From the NCBI GenBank assembly GCA_025786725.1, contig JAHLTZ010000011.1, positions 558,001 to 622,000 of the forward strand: 64,000 nucleotides of DNA, read 5' to 3'. Both the position numbers and the translations under genes were made by a program. Under the pieces are notes generated by a model. That model searched no databases, had not been told where the DNA came from, and saw nothing but the letters and a program-made list of their open reading frames with translations. This document shows, piece by piece, positions 42,858-54,837 of this stretch (positions within the stretch are counted from its first letter, which is position 1; every line of letters starts with the position of its first letter). This DNA comes from Syncephalis fuscata S228 (lineage: Eukaryota; Fungi; Zoopagomycota).

Positions 42858-45800
42858 ATGGCCAGTCTACTAGGCATTCTACTGGTGACCAGCACAACGC
42901 GCGGTCACACGTTGTATTTAATTATCCTCCAACGTCTAATCAGTCGCAATCAGCGAATAAGCGCAAACAGACCGCGTATCGTTCGCGAAATGAAGACCGT
43001 TCAGCACGCAACAAGCCCAAATTCCAGCCATGGCTAGCCGATAAAAAGACTGGCCAAGGCTCAACTACTATACATTCGATCACTGGCAATAAGCATAAGC
43101 ATACGTCATCAACTGGCTCTCGTTCTCACCGAGACGACAGCAGTTACGAGGATGAGGAGAGTAGTGGAAAAGGGGGATTACTTACCGGTACCAGTGGCAG
43201 TATAGGCGACCAACATCATTTCTATTGGAGCCATGGAGAAGAAGAAGAAGCAGAAGATATAGTTGAGGAAGATGAAGGCGAGGAAGATGATGGATTTGAC
43301 TATACAGATACATTGGAAGATACTGATTTTATGGACGACGATGAAAGTAGTAAACATAGTACATTTTACAGTGGACAGACACCGGATCATTTGGAAGATG
43401 GGACAAATACAACAGCATCGACTCATCATGCTGGCGAATTATTTGGAATGTCAAAGGCTATGTTAGCGAATCTACTGTCGCCTCGAGCAGCTCTTCGTGA
43501 TGGTCGATTTCAATTAGAACTAGATGGTGACATTACAGCGGTAGGCCGCCCTGTTACCTTGCCTGTCATGGACATTGCACCATATCCTATGTATAATCGG
43601 CACTCGACTCATAATTACAGTTCAAACTCAACGCCAGCGATACCATCTCGATTGGAGGAAAGTGATAAGAGTCCAGATTTAAAAGAGGCCGTAGACCATG
43701 TGCAAGTACCAATACGTAAAGTTGTTGGTCGACAAGCACTAGGCCTGCCTGATGTAGCTGAGAAACGATCATCGGATTTAGCACCACTAGCGATGCCACC
43801 TAGTTCAAGTAAATCATGCGAAGATATAGATTTATCTCGACGAATGAGTCGCAGCAAACTTACGGATAATGAAGAGCCAAAGAAGAAAACCATAGGTGCT
43901 GGTTTATCGATAGATACCAAAAAAGATACAATAGCTATGCCACACGTAAAACTTCGACGTCGATCTTCAGCTGGTACACAACCGTTGGATATGACAAAGT
44001 TAAATAGCGGCAGTACTACTGGTAATAGCGGTAATGCCAATAGCAGTAGCGGTACTGTACTTGGACCACTGTCACAGCTGTCAGCTGAAATGATGCAACC
44101 AGCAGATAAAAGTACTTGGAGTGCACCCATTGAAGCATCTGGTGTAAGTGATATTTATAGCAAGTATTAGTGTTACTTATTATTATAATTAATTAATAGA
44201 CAAAGTTAAAGCATTTACAGCTTCACCACCACCAATTACTACGATGCCATTAAAAACGGAGAAAACAACATCACCACCTTCACATTTTGAACCACAACCA
44301 CATAGACTGCATCACAAACGGTCACAATCTATTTCATCAGCACCCATGTTGGCTGTTAATAATACAGTTGCATCAAAACATGTATTAAGTGCACTGGGTG
44401 TAGGTGATCGTAATAATGAAGCTAGTAATAAACTATCAATGATTGGAAGTCAGTTACAACAACAACAGCAACAACAAGACTCGTCTATAATTAATAATGA
44501 TAGTAATCCACCCTCTCCTGACCAGATGATACGACCACCTATTTCATCACCGGCTAGTGTTGTCAGTCAAGGAAGTGATGGCTCTAATGCAACTGAACGG
44601 CGACGTGTATCTAGTGTATCAGGTGTTAGTGGCATGGGTGGTATTCGACTTGGATTAACAAGTCTACGCGCTATGAGTAGTATGGGATCAAATACCGCCC
44701 CTTCAAGTGCTATAGCCGCCAGTGCGGCACTGGCTACACCGGGCACTGTGGCAGGTACACCGACTACTGCGTCAAGAGTGGCAGCCGCTGCTTCAGCACT
44801 ACACAGTGGACTGTATTCACAAGCCCCCTCACCACTTATTAGCTTTCATTTAGTATTTGTTACACAACGGGCGCCGGCCCAATCAATGCGCAGAGCTATA
44901 GCTGCTTGGTCATTATCGTCACCGGCTGTCGATGGTCTACGCTTTCCCTCGAAGATGGGCCCAGTCAGCTACACGATAGTCCCGATCAAGGTGATAATGG
45001 CGAACTAATGTACTGGTCCAATTGGTGGCAACAAGCCACAGAAGAGGAACAGTATACGGCATTTCTTGATCAACTGTACGACAGGTAGTGCGTAAATTAA
45101 CTACAGCATTACAATACGAACAATTACGATGTGATTACGTAAGGCGTGAATCAGAGCTTATGCTTGCTATTAGTGAAGAATCACAACGTCGAGGTAAATA
45201 CTTGTCATTGTAGCTATACTGTGTATATTTATCAATAGCATTTAGATAAACATAAGGATGAAGAGCAATGGCTAAAACGTATTTTGGCTCGTTCATCTTT
45301 GGCCCGTGAATTGGCTGCTTGTTATGATGCAGTGGCTATTGGACGCACTGCAACACTTTGTGTTAATGGCGAAATTGATTTATTAGTACGTGGACCGTTA
45401 CCATGTCCACGTGGCACCGTACTAGCCAGACGAGCGATGATTGCCGCCATGCATGCTAAAGGTGCTAATTTTCGTAATCATCGTCCAGTGACTATTCCAC
45501 AAGAATTAATAGCCAATATTAATAATATTAATAATGCTAATAATACTAATGCTAATAGTAGTAGTCACGGTAATATCCATCAGCATGTTCATGGTGGATT
45601 ATCGATTTCTTTTGCCTCTGTAAGCAGTACACATTTTACACCGGATAAAGAACACAAAATGAGTTATGGTTATGATCAAATAATTCATTAAGTGGCACAG
45701 GTACATTTTCCGGTCTGGGTGACCGTCGTCGTCGTATGGATGCACGTTGGCATAATTTGGAACATTGGCTGCCTTCATTAAAGTCTGTGCGGCATTGTTT

Positions 45801-47100
45801 ACGCGCCCATCATGCATTGCTACTTTGTGACGATCCTGAAGTTGTACTGGCACATATTCCATGGGTTGGTGACGAGCGACCAATAGCACTAATTGCGTTT
45901 ATTGAATTGGCCACACCGATGAGAAGGTTAGTGCAATAAAGAAAAAGAAAAAATATGGCTGATAAATAGCGTTATTGATGATGTATACAATAATAGCCTG
46001 GCTAGTATTGCCGAAGCGCTTGGTTATGGATGGCCGGAAACCATCCAGTTAGCTGCCTATCTTGTATATCATAGAGCAGCTAGAATTATTGATCCGATCA
46101 ATTCACGAAATATCTATATGGTGGCACCTGATGCTCATTTAAATCGGTAAGTTACAATACAAACTAGACGAGTAACTATACAGACAACGATCTGACTCAA
46201 CTTGTTTAGTATCAATGAATTATCAGAAGCGTTTACGGCTGAATTAGATCCAGGATTTGAGCTAGCCTATTTACTAAGTCGACTTTCCGAGTCGCCCAAG
46301 CCATACTCGTCACATATTCCGCCCAAAGGAAGGCGTTCAGTCTATCTTGAAGCAATGGTTTTTCTAATACGCCATCGATTAGTGCGCCAATTGCATACTT
46401 ACATCTACTTTACACTACCATTATCGGTGGCACGACCCCAATCAGCAGGCTACAATCCAAGTGCTGCTTTATTAGGCATGACGACTAATTCTGCTGCTGC
46501 TGCTGCAACCACGGCACCAATTAGTAATGGCATGCTAACATTTGGTGGTGGTGGTGGTACAGGTGCGAGTGTCGTAGGGACAGCCAGTTCTTTTATTCGA
46601 CGTGGCGGCGGTGGTAGCAATGTAGATCTTGCTTCTTCGGTATTTCTTGGTTCTAATGCGTCCATTATGGATGAGCGCAGTGAAGCAGGGGATACAGTTG
46701 TTAATGATGCAGCCTCTCATATCGATGGTGGCAATAACTATGCTACTAAGAATGGTGCTGACAGTAACGATGGTATGGAGAAATGTTGCGCATTGGCTAT
46801 GCCACAAGACTATTCAAGTGATACCCTTTATGAGTATGTAGCTAGACTCGTGGCTGGCCATCCTCGTGATATTGGCAATACATTGTTTTGGTAAGTTATT
46901 ATCATAGTCTGATTTATATTTTTTTAAAACGTATATTTATCGATTATTTTTTTTTCTATTTATACAGTATGGTTAATAATGGATATTTGGACGGAAGACA
47001 CCCGGTAGAAGAGATTATCACTGATCTTAATATGAGTCGACGGGATTTGAATGAAATTATCAGTCGATTCCGTGATAATATTGTAACTGTATTGCGATAA
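42858..47100 (+). CDS. NPR3: NPR3/NPRL3 (GATOR1/SEACIT subunit), multi-exon, with long low-complexity inserts
   Basis: MASLLGILLVTSTTRG(fs)HVVFNYPP, FG...LANLLSP...RFQLEL....VGRPV, FHLVFV, SSLARELAACYDAV, HHALLL, ARIIDPINSRNIY, YLDGRHPVEEI. Confidence 0.8.
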
Positions 47101-47117
47101 ATAGCTATGATATGCGC

Positions 47118-50100
47118 TTTGTTTTATAAACAATTTAGTAATTATTTAGTGTGATTTGGTGATGAATGACCAGATTCCATCGTATTCGCTCTATTAAACA
47201 TGGAGTTGGATGATGAGTGACATCAGTAATCAAATAATCATTATTGTGGTCAATCCAATTTAGTGCTATGACATTAATTATATAAAGCTTATTTCATGTT
47301 GTTTTGAATTAATTAAAATAATATGAATAGTGATAAACATTTACAGCTTATTGTATGATGCACTGTTATTATAAAATACACACATAATTAAATAAATGTA
47401 TTAATAGTTACTTACACATATTGAAAACGATGTATGTTAAAATCTAGAATGGTAGGATATATATAGCCAAAGAATAACTAGCCAGTGACTTGTTACAAAC
47501 TGGCATCAGGCATAATAGTTAAATAGGAAAGATAAAGCATAAATAATAATGTTGATACAATGGCGCTCACTCATCGTTAAATACGCATTGAAATAGCTGA
47601 AAATAGAAAATACAAAAGAAGCAAAGTAGTGAATGCAATAGGAAGAATAAAACAGCTTATACGAAACAACAATAGTTGCTGCCTAATTAAAAGCAAATAA
47701 AGTATATAAAATACAGTACTTGCCCTGAAGCATAGGCTGTCGGTGTGGGCTGCGACAATGCTTGCGCCATTACCTGGTTTCTAATAACGATGAGTTAAAA
47801 AGACTACTTGGTGCGTTATTCAGCTAAAAGGATACAAAACGACCGCCAACTACAAAGGCGACGATGGCGCTTTGATTACGCGTAAAGTAGTAGCGACCAC
47901 CAGCCGTTATCGACCAGCAATCGCGTTCATTCAGCTTCTTAAATCCGTGCTTGGTCAGACGTTCACGGCATTGATTCACCGCGTGGAACGGTGAAGGTGA
48001 ATTGCGAAGAAACGCAAAAAGTCGGTTAGTTGACCAGAGGAAGTTTGTGCAGTGACCGAGGTAATAGCCGACATTGTACGAAACAAAGGTATTTGCATTC
48101 GAAAGCGAGTATTGTTGTGGTATGGAGTAAGATGGTTTGGATAATAAGGTGACCGTGAATGTGAATAATTGCAGTAAAGGCGAACACGTCACCGTAATTA
48201 AACAATGCCATAAATGGCATAAAAGAGATAGCTTCATAAAATATTTCTTTAATATCGAAATTGTGTATTTTATTTAAGCATTAGAAGCTATTTTACTCTG
48301 AGTCTCTATACTTAAACTGAAGGATAAAAAATCCATAATTCAAATAGTAAACTGCCCATCAGTTTTTAATACTGAAAAGTACTATTTGTTGAAGCAGTGC
48401 CACATCAACTCTGATTAATGCAAATGAAGATGAATCAGTCCGCATTATTTTCAATATATGATATTAGTAGTAATAAATATTATAGTATTCCATGTTACAA
48501 TAAAATATAATAAATAGATAAATGTTAATTCATATTATTGTTGCTGTAAAGTATTCAAAGCATTATAATTTAATATTTAATGTCACTTACCATCCAGTTC
48601 CATGTTTAGTAGAACAACACTGTGTAGTTAATCAAGTAAAAATGTCAATTTCGGTCTTTTGACACTAAATCACATGAGTGTACTAATAAATTATTTAATA
48701 TTAGTGAGCTATTTACTTTCATATTTTTATTTATTTATTTCACCGCCTTTTCTTATAACTATTTTATTGTTTTATTTAGTAATATATTATATAATGCCGA
48801 ATATGACAATATAAATAACATGTGCATTCGAATATCAATAAAAGACACTATTCGATCCTAGTCTTTATTTCTCTTATTTACATCAACACCTGCTCAAGTA
48901 ATCTCAACGGCATGCCGTATCTTCTGGTTACAACTGTCGCCCCAAGATCTTCCTGGCGAAGACACTTAGCCTATCATTATTGCATATGGTGGAGGTAGAT
49001 TTGCTTCATCGATGGTCGGCAAAGCATCTGCACCTACAAGTCGATACCAAGAATGCTCAAGACAATGGTGAACATCAGAAATGCTAGTCGTCCTACCTTT
49101 TTGTCACCCTAGACGAGTATCTTACATGGTAAATCTCCCATAATACAATATTAAAATATTAGAAAATAGAAAAGATCATTCAGTCGCAAGAAATCACACT
49201 GTTGTAGTAGCAGCAATAACAACAGCGAAACGACATGGAATTGCGATCAATGGCTTTTATTAATATTCTATCAATCTTTTTACGCATAGCCAACAACAAC
49301 AATGATTGGTCTCGTGAATTTCAAAGTAATCAAATGGAAACATTGTAGCAATGTTTTTTGTACATAATAGCATTAACTTCAGTTGGAGTTAATTTTGCTT
49401 TGAGGATTCAAATTATGAGAGTCAAAGTACAATTGGAAATTTTTGAAAGGCTAAAAATGCCTGATAAGAAAAAAGTTAATTACAATAAATACAACAATTT
49501 TAATTTGAAGCTTTATTTACATAATTTAATTAGTTATAGTAATATCAACAGCAATTCCAATCGTGTTTTATTTGTCAAAAAGACTGCCAACAATATACTA
49601 GCGGCAAATACAACTCAAAAATAAAATACAAAAACATGGTCTGTAAGGATTATTATTAATAATACTGAACTAGTAGCTAATACTGAAATAAACGTTTTAT
49701 TGAAAAACAAATACAAACTACTAATGAAGCAACTATCAAAATAAATAAAGTGTAATGCAAATAAAAACGATTTAATTAATAAATAGTTTTAAATTTTAAA
49801 TTTTGATTAACAAATAAAACTAGTTTGGCTTATTTAGAGTGTTTTATATGTTAGATTTAACAATTAAACAATTCCGAATTACATGAAACTACTATTGATT
49901 TAGTAACTTGAATTAATTAGCTGGTGTATCAAACAAGAGTGAAGATATGCAAAATAATGTCGTCAACATGGAATTTGTTTTTGATAAACTAAAACAATTT
50001 ACTCGCAACATTCATTCCTAAATGCCACAACAGTCACTCTAATATTCTAATTTTAAAAGCCATGGAACGTGGCGAAAGAAGCTTAAAAGAGTGCTGTGAC

Positions 50101-50975
50101 GAATCATTTAAACCACTTGATTTGTATTAGATCTTATGATATTTGATTGCTTAATGCAATTTGGTAATTAAACAGCTATAATAGTCACGCATTTAACTAA
50201 ATATTTGTGTTATTGAAAGTGGAATTGAGTGGTGAGTATTATTGGTTATTAAACTATTTATTTATCATTATTATTGTACTGTACATATCTATACTGTATA
50301 CAATACTATATGGCCATCTATATCATTAATATTATAGATTATAAAACTATATTAATAAAAGCTAAAAGTCTGTTGCTAACTGTATTCTTTTGGTAGATTT
50401 GATTCATTAATCTTAGTTAATTGCTTACAGTATAGTTCCACTATCACTATTCACGTATCTAATTTGTCCATTTATTTTGTTTTATAATATTGTATGCTTT
50501 ATTGCCATGTTTTATTATCAAAGTGTCTTTATTCTAATTCCAGTATAATATTATTTGACTATATGATAATGATAGCTTTGCTACATCCATACCAATCTAT
50601 GCTTATAGCTTAGGCGATATAATTATACAAATTTTGTTATCAGTTTAACCATTTGATTGATAATTGTTGATTATTGAATGCAAATAGAACATGGTATAAA
50701 TATAGCAATTTGATTGTATATAGCTAAAATGAAACCACAAGTTTATTACTATAAATTTGCACAGTTGAATAGGGGCAACTAGATGCAAGCCTGTTGATAA
50801 AATAGTGATTCCATTGATTAAAGACTGGATAAACCGGAGCATTGGCCAAAACTTGATATATAAATAGACTGGACGGCGTAGTTGTCAAATGGTCTTGCTT
50901 TTCACCGAATATATACCTAAATTGTGTTGGACTAGTGGTTCAATTGCACTACCAATGCTAACGCCTTGAAACCAT
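47118..50975 (+). repeat. Left outer arm of a large inverted duplication (partner ~58500-62357)
   Basis: Reverse complement matches ~58500-62357 with only scattered substitutions and small indels; mirrored ORFs 47824-48237/61237-61650 and 49358-49624/59843-60052. Confidence 0.95.
47724..48074 (-). pseudogene. 5' fragment of an M18 aspartyl aminopeptidase gene (copy 1)
   Basis: FLRNSPSPFHAV...L.KHGF..LNERD.W....GGRYYFTRNQSAIVAF, an intron, then KPGNGASIVAAHTDSLCFR; no further recognisable exons. Confidence 0.8.
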
Positions 50976-50981
50976 TGATTA

Positions 50982-53342
50982 TTCTGTATTTACAAATAAA
51001 AATATTACATGACATATAATTAATTTATAAGTTAGCAATATAAATGTTGCTTACAGCCTATTAATATTAAGTTGTTGGCGCACATAGTGGATTATATATA
51101 ATTAGTGAATAGTCGATTAACATATAATACAACTTACAATCTATTAATATTAAATAATTGGTATAATTATTAAAATTATGGTTAATGTATAGTCAGTTAA
51201 TATAAATATCACTTACCCCCTATTAATATTAAATAATTGGTACAATCAGTAAATAGCATAGTTAGTGTATAGTCAGTTAATATACAATGTCACTTACAAC
51301 CTGTTAATATTAAATAATTAATGCCATCATTAAATAACATAATTAACATATGGTCAGTTAATATACAATACAACTTACACTCTATTAATATTAAACAATT
51401 GGTACAATCAGCAAATAGCATAGTTAATTTATAGTCAGTTAATATACAATACAACTTACTTCCTATTAATATTAAATAATTAATACAATTAGTAAGTAGC
51501 ATAGTTAATTTATAGTCAATCAATATAAAATATCACTTACCAGCTATTAATATTGAATAATCGGTACAATCAATAAATAGTATAGTTAATGTATAGTCAG
51601 TTAATATACAATACAACTTACAAACTATGAATATTAAATAATTGATACAATCAGTAAATAGCGCGGTTAATGTATAGTCAGTTAGTATGCAATATAACTT
51701 ACAGTCTATTAATATTGTTATTTATATGCATAATACATGGTACATAATTAGTGCATAATCAGTTAATATATAATACAACTTACTGCCTATTAATATTAAG
51801 TTATTTATACGCATAATACATGGTACATAATTAGTGCATAATCAGTCAATATATAATACTACTTACAACCTATTAATATTAAGTTATTTATACGCATAAT
51901 ACATGGTACATAGTTAGTGCATAATCAGTTAATATATAATATTACTTACAAACTATTAATATTAAGTTATTTATACGCATAATACATGGTACATAATTAG
52001 TGCATAATCAGTTAATATATAATACAACTTACATGCTATTAATATTAAGAGCGTTATAGGCATAATACATGGTGCATAATTAATGCATAATCAGTTAATA
52101 TATAATACAACTTACGGTCTATTAATATTAAGTTATTTACACGCATAATACATGGTACATAATTAGTGCATAATCAGTTAATATATAATACAACTTACTC
52201 CCTATTAATATTAAGTTATTTATACGCATAATACATGGTAGATAGTTAGTACATAGTCAGTTAATATACAATACTAGGGGACGTTGCTAGCCCAGTTGGT
52301 AAGGCAGCGTCTCCCGAGCTGAAGGCTCCGGGTTCAAACCTCAGTTTGAATCAATCCTTAAGTGGAAAATCCCCCCTCCAGTTTTCTCTAGTTAACAAAT
52401 TGCAAACCAGAACCCAATAAGTAGGTCCGGAAACAAGACCTTGGCCAGAATAGCCGAGGAAAACCCAATTGGGACCAACTTCAAGAGAATAGTGCTGTGT
52501 AGCACCATTTAAAGGAAGATGGCCCCCGTGTAAAATCTATATGGACCAGATTTTGCGCAAAAACGTGGCAGTCCACCCGTTAAAAGTTTGGAAAAAGTCC
52601 AAATATAGTGGGAAGCAGCGCAAATTCTTTAATTATGCGCAGCGGGGGCTCACAAGCTCTTCAAAATAAAATAAAATAATATATAATACAAGGGGGACGT
52701 TGCTAGTCCAGTTGGTAAGGCAGCGTCTCCCGAGCGGGACGCTTCGTGTCCAAACTGTAGATTAAATCAATTCTTAAGTGGAAAATCCACCCCCAGTTTG
52801 CTTTAGTTAAACAATATGCAAACCAAAACCAGACAAGTAGGTCTGAAAACAAGACCTTGGCTAGAATAGCCAAGGAAAAACCAATTGGGGCCAACTTCAA
52901 GAGAATAGTGATGTGTAGCATAATTCAAAAGAAGATGGCCCCGTGTGGAATCTACATGGGCCAGATTTGCGTAACAACACGGCAGTCCACCCGTTAATTT
53001 GGAAAAGTCCAAAATAGTAGGAAGCAGCGCAAATTCTTTAATTATGCGCAGTGGGGGCTCACAAGCTTTTCAAAATATAATATAATACAACTTACATGCT
53101 ATTAATATTAAAAGAGTTGTACGTATAATACATGATACATAGTTAGTGCATGGTTAGCTAATATATAATCCAACTTACGGTCTATTAATATTAAGTTAGA
53201 AATACTGTTAGTAAATACTATTACATATTTATTGTCATTGAAACATACCACGACGAACCAAAGTTGGTTTAGCATCCACCATGGCTGTAGTGGCTATTAA
53301 AGTCACAACGACGGTGCAAATGACGGCAATGGAAAGTTTCAT
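50982..53342 (-). CDS. Secreted Cys-rich peptide precursor encoded by 17 three-nucleotide micro-exons (gene A)
   Basis: Exon 1 53342-53249 = MKLSIAVICTVVVTLIATTAMVDAKPTLVRR + G. Micro-exons ACC,CAT,GGA,ACC,CAT,TTT,GTT,GCA,ACT,TTT,CTG,GAA,AGT,GTT,GGG,ATT,GCT, each bounded by YAG and GTAAG. The last exon supplies AA to complete TAA. Mature peptide DPWNPFCCNFSGKCWDC. Confidence 0.85.
52277..52680 (+). mobile_element. tRNA-derived SINE-like element, copy 1
   Basis: G-run start, A-box-like TAGCCCAGTTGG (52288-52299), B-box GGTTCAAACC (52331-52340), ~400 bp body, (aaaat)n tail; three more copies in the window. Confidence 0.75.
52692..53080 (+). mobile_element. tRNA-derived SINE-like element, copy 2 (tandem with copy 1)
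   Basis: Same head (gggggacgttgctagtccagttggtaaggc) and 3' end (gggggctcacaagcttttcaaaata); atataatacaa on both sides is TSD-like. Confidence 0.75.
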
Positions 53343-54837
53343 GGTGATGTTGATTTGTTAAGACAAACAAATAAGAGAGATAATAGAGTGTGGTTGATAT
53401 AAAGTAGAGTAGTGTGTGTTTAGCAAGAAGTAGAGTGTGATGAGGATATCGCAGTTGGTTGTGTATATTTTGTGGGCTATTTAAGCTTACGGCTATGCTG
53501 AGATGCCAGTATACTGTAGTATACAAGATATATCATTGATGTGTGATACAAACCAATAAAACAAGCCAATTAATGCTTTAAGGTGGGCGTGTAACAGTAG
53601 ATTTATGGCATAATAGAATGCTCCCAGTCTTGATTTTAACCTGTCCAGTCTTTACTTCAATCTGTTGGTCATTAGCGTAAGTACTGTAACGGTGTTCATA
53701 GTCCAGTACATATGGTAAAAATAGACATATAAGCCTGTATTTTTGTTACATGGTCTAACTATTTGGTCAAATAAGTATTTTGTTTGGCTTTGTAAAGCGA
53801 TAACGATGTACTTGCTGCCATTTCTACCGATTCGGTTCTCAATATCTGCATGCATACAGAATAGCACACAACACTGATACAAAAACAAGTTTAATGTATC
53901 AAAATGGGGCTTTAACACAAGTTTTTACTGCTATGTATAAATCAGCTGTAATTTTTAAATTAGAAAGTGTGTTGATTGGTACATGCATGCATTTTATTCG
54001 ACACTATGTCCATTGTTAGGGAGTAATCATTGTTTCGAATTCACGCTTGTTTTTGTACCAGTGTTGTGTGCTATTCTGTATGCATGCAGATATTGAGAAC
54101 CGAATCGGTAGAAATGGCAGCAAGTACATCGTTATCGCTTTACAAAGCCAAACAAAATACTTATTTGACCAAATAGTTAGACCATGTAACAAAAATACAG
54201 GCTTATATGTCTATTTTTACCATATGTACTGGACTATGAACACCGTTACAGTACTTACGCTAATGACCAACAGATTGAAGTAAAGACCGGACAGGTTATG
54301 CGCTGTTTTGTATGCATGCAGATATTGGGGACCAAGTCATTCAGTGGAAGCAACAGGAAAGACATCATTATTGTTTTCACAAAGCCAAACAACAATATAC
54401 TTGATTCCACCAACTAGTTAGACTATGTAACAAAAAATACAGAATAATGTACATGCCTCTATCGCATATGTACTGCTCATTGGGATTGCCGCGTCATCTG
54501 TGTAAATACCGAGAAAATTGAAGTAAAGGCTGGGCAGGTTAAATTCAAGACTGGTAAGCATGCTGTCACACCATGAATCTATTGGTACATGCGTACCGCA
54601 AATCATTAGTTCGATTGATTTATTGGTTCATATTACACATCAATAGTGTACCTCATACGCTACAGTATACTGCTATCTCAGCATAGCCGTAAGTTTAAAT
54701 AGCCCACAAAATATACACAACCAACTGCGATATCCTCATCACACTCTACTTCTTGCTAAACACACTCTACTCTCCACTCTATATCAACCACACTCTACTA
54801 TCTCTTTTTTTGTTTGTCTTAACAAATCAATATCACC
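53343..54837. promoter_or_regulatory. Divergent promoter region of the two micro-exon genes, built from nested inverted and direct repeats
   Basis: 53343-~53640 mirrors ~54535-54837; 53637-53889 mirrors 54046-54298 almost exactly; ~54300-54540 is a diverged third copy. TATA-like ttaaata lies ~140 bp upstream of each ATG. Confidence 0.65.

Larger units (their letters stand above)
51040..53200 (-). repeat. Tandem array of ~79-83 bp units (repeated intron plus 3-nt exon), interrupted by two SINE-like inserts
   Basis: acttac-NNN-ctattaatatt recurs at 51055, 51138, 51217, 51298, 51379, 51460, 51541, 51622, 51703, 51784, 51867, 51950, 52033, 52116, 52199, 53096, 53179. Confidence 0.95.

Noticed and set aside
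23113-47100. Programmed frameshifting or mass pseudogenisation (kinase DFG ~23766, leuA ~33893, SSK1 ~39098, lipase ~41588, NPR3 ~42906)
   Set aside because: Each is a single missing base, mostly in short runs, inside otherwise well-conserved genes; this fits uncorrected long-read consensus error. Short-read polishing would settle it.
48880-49250. GC-richer patch in the palindrome arms (mirror at ~60230-60590) as another gene
   Set aside because: No sustained frame or recognisable product.
52277-52350. Functional tRNA gene
   Set aside because: A and B boxes are present, but I could not fold a convincing cloverleaf and the sequence continues into a repeated body with an A-rich tail.
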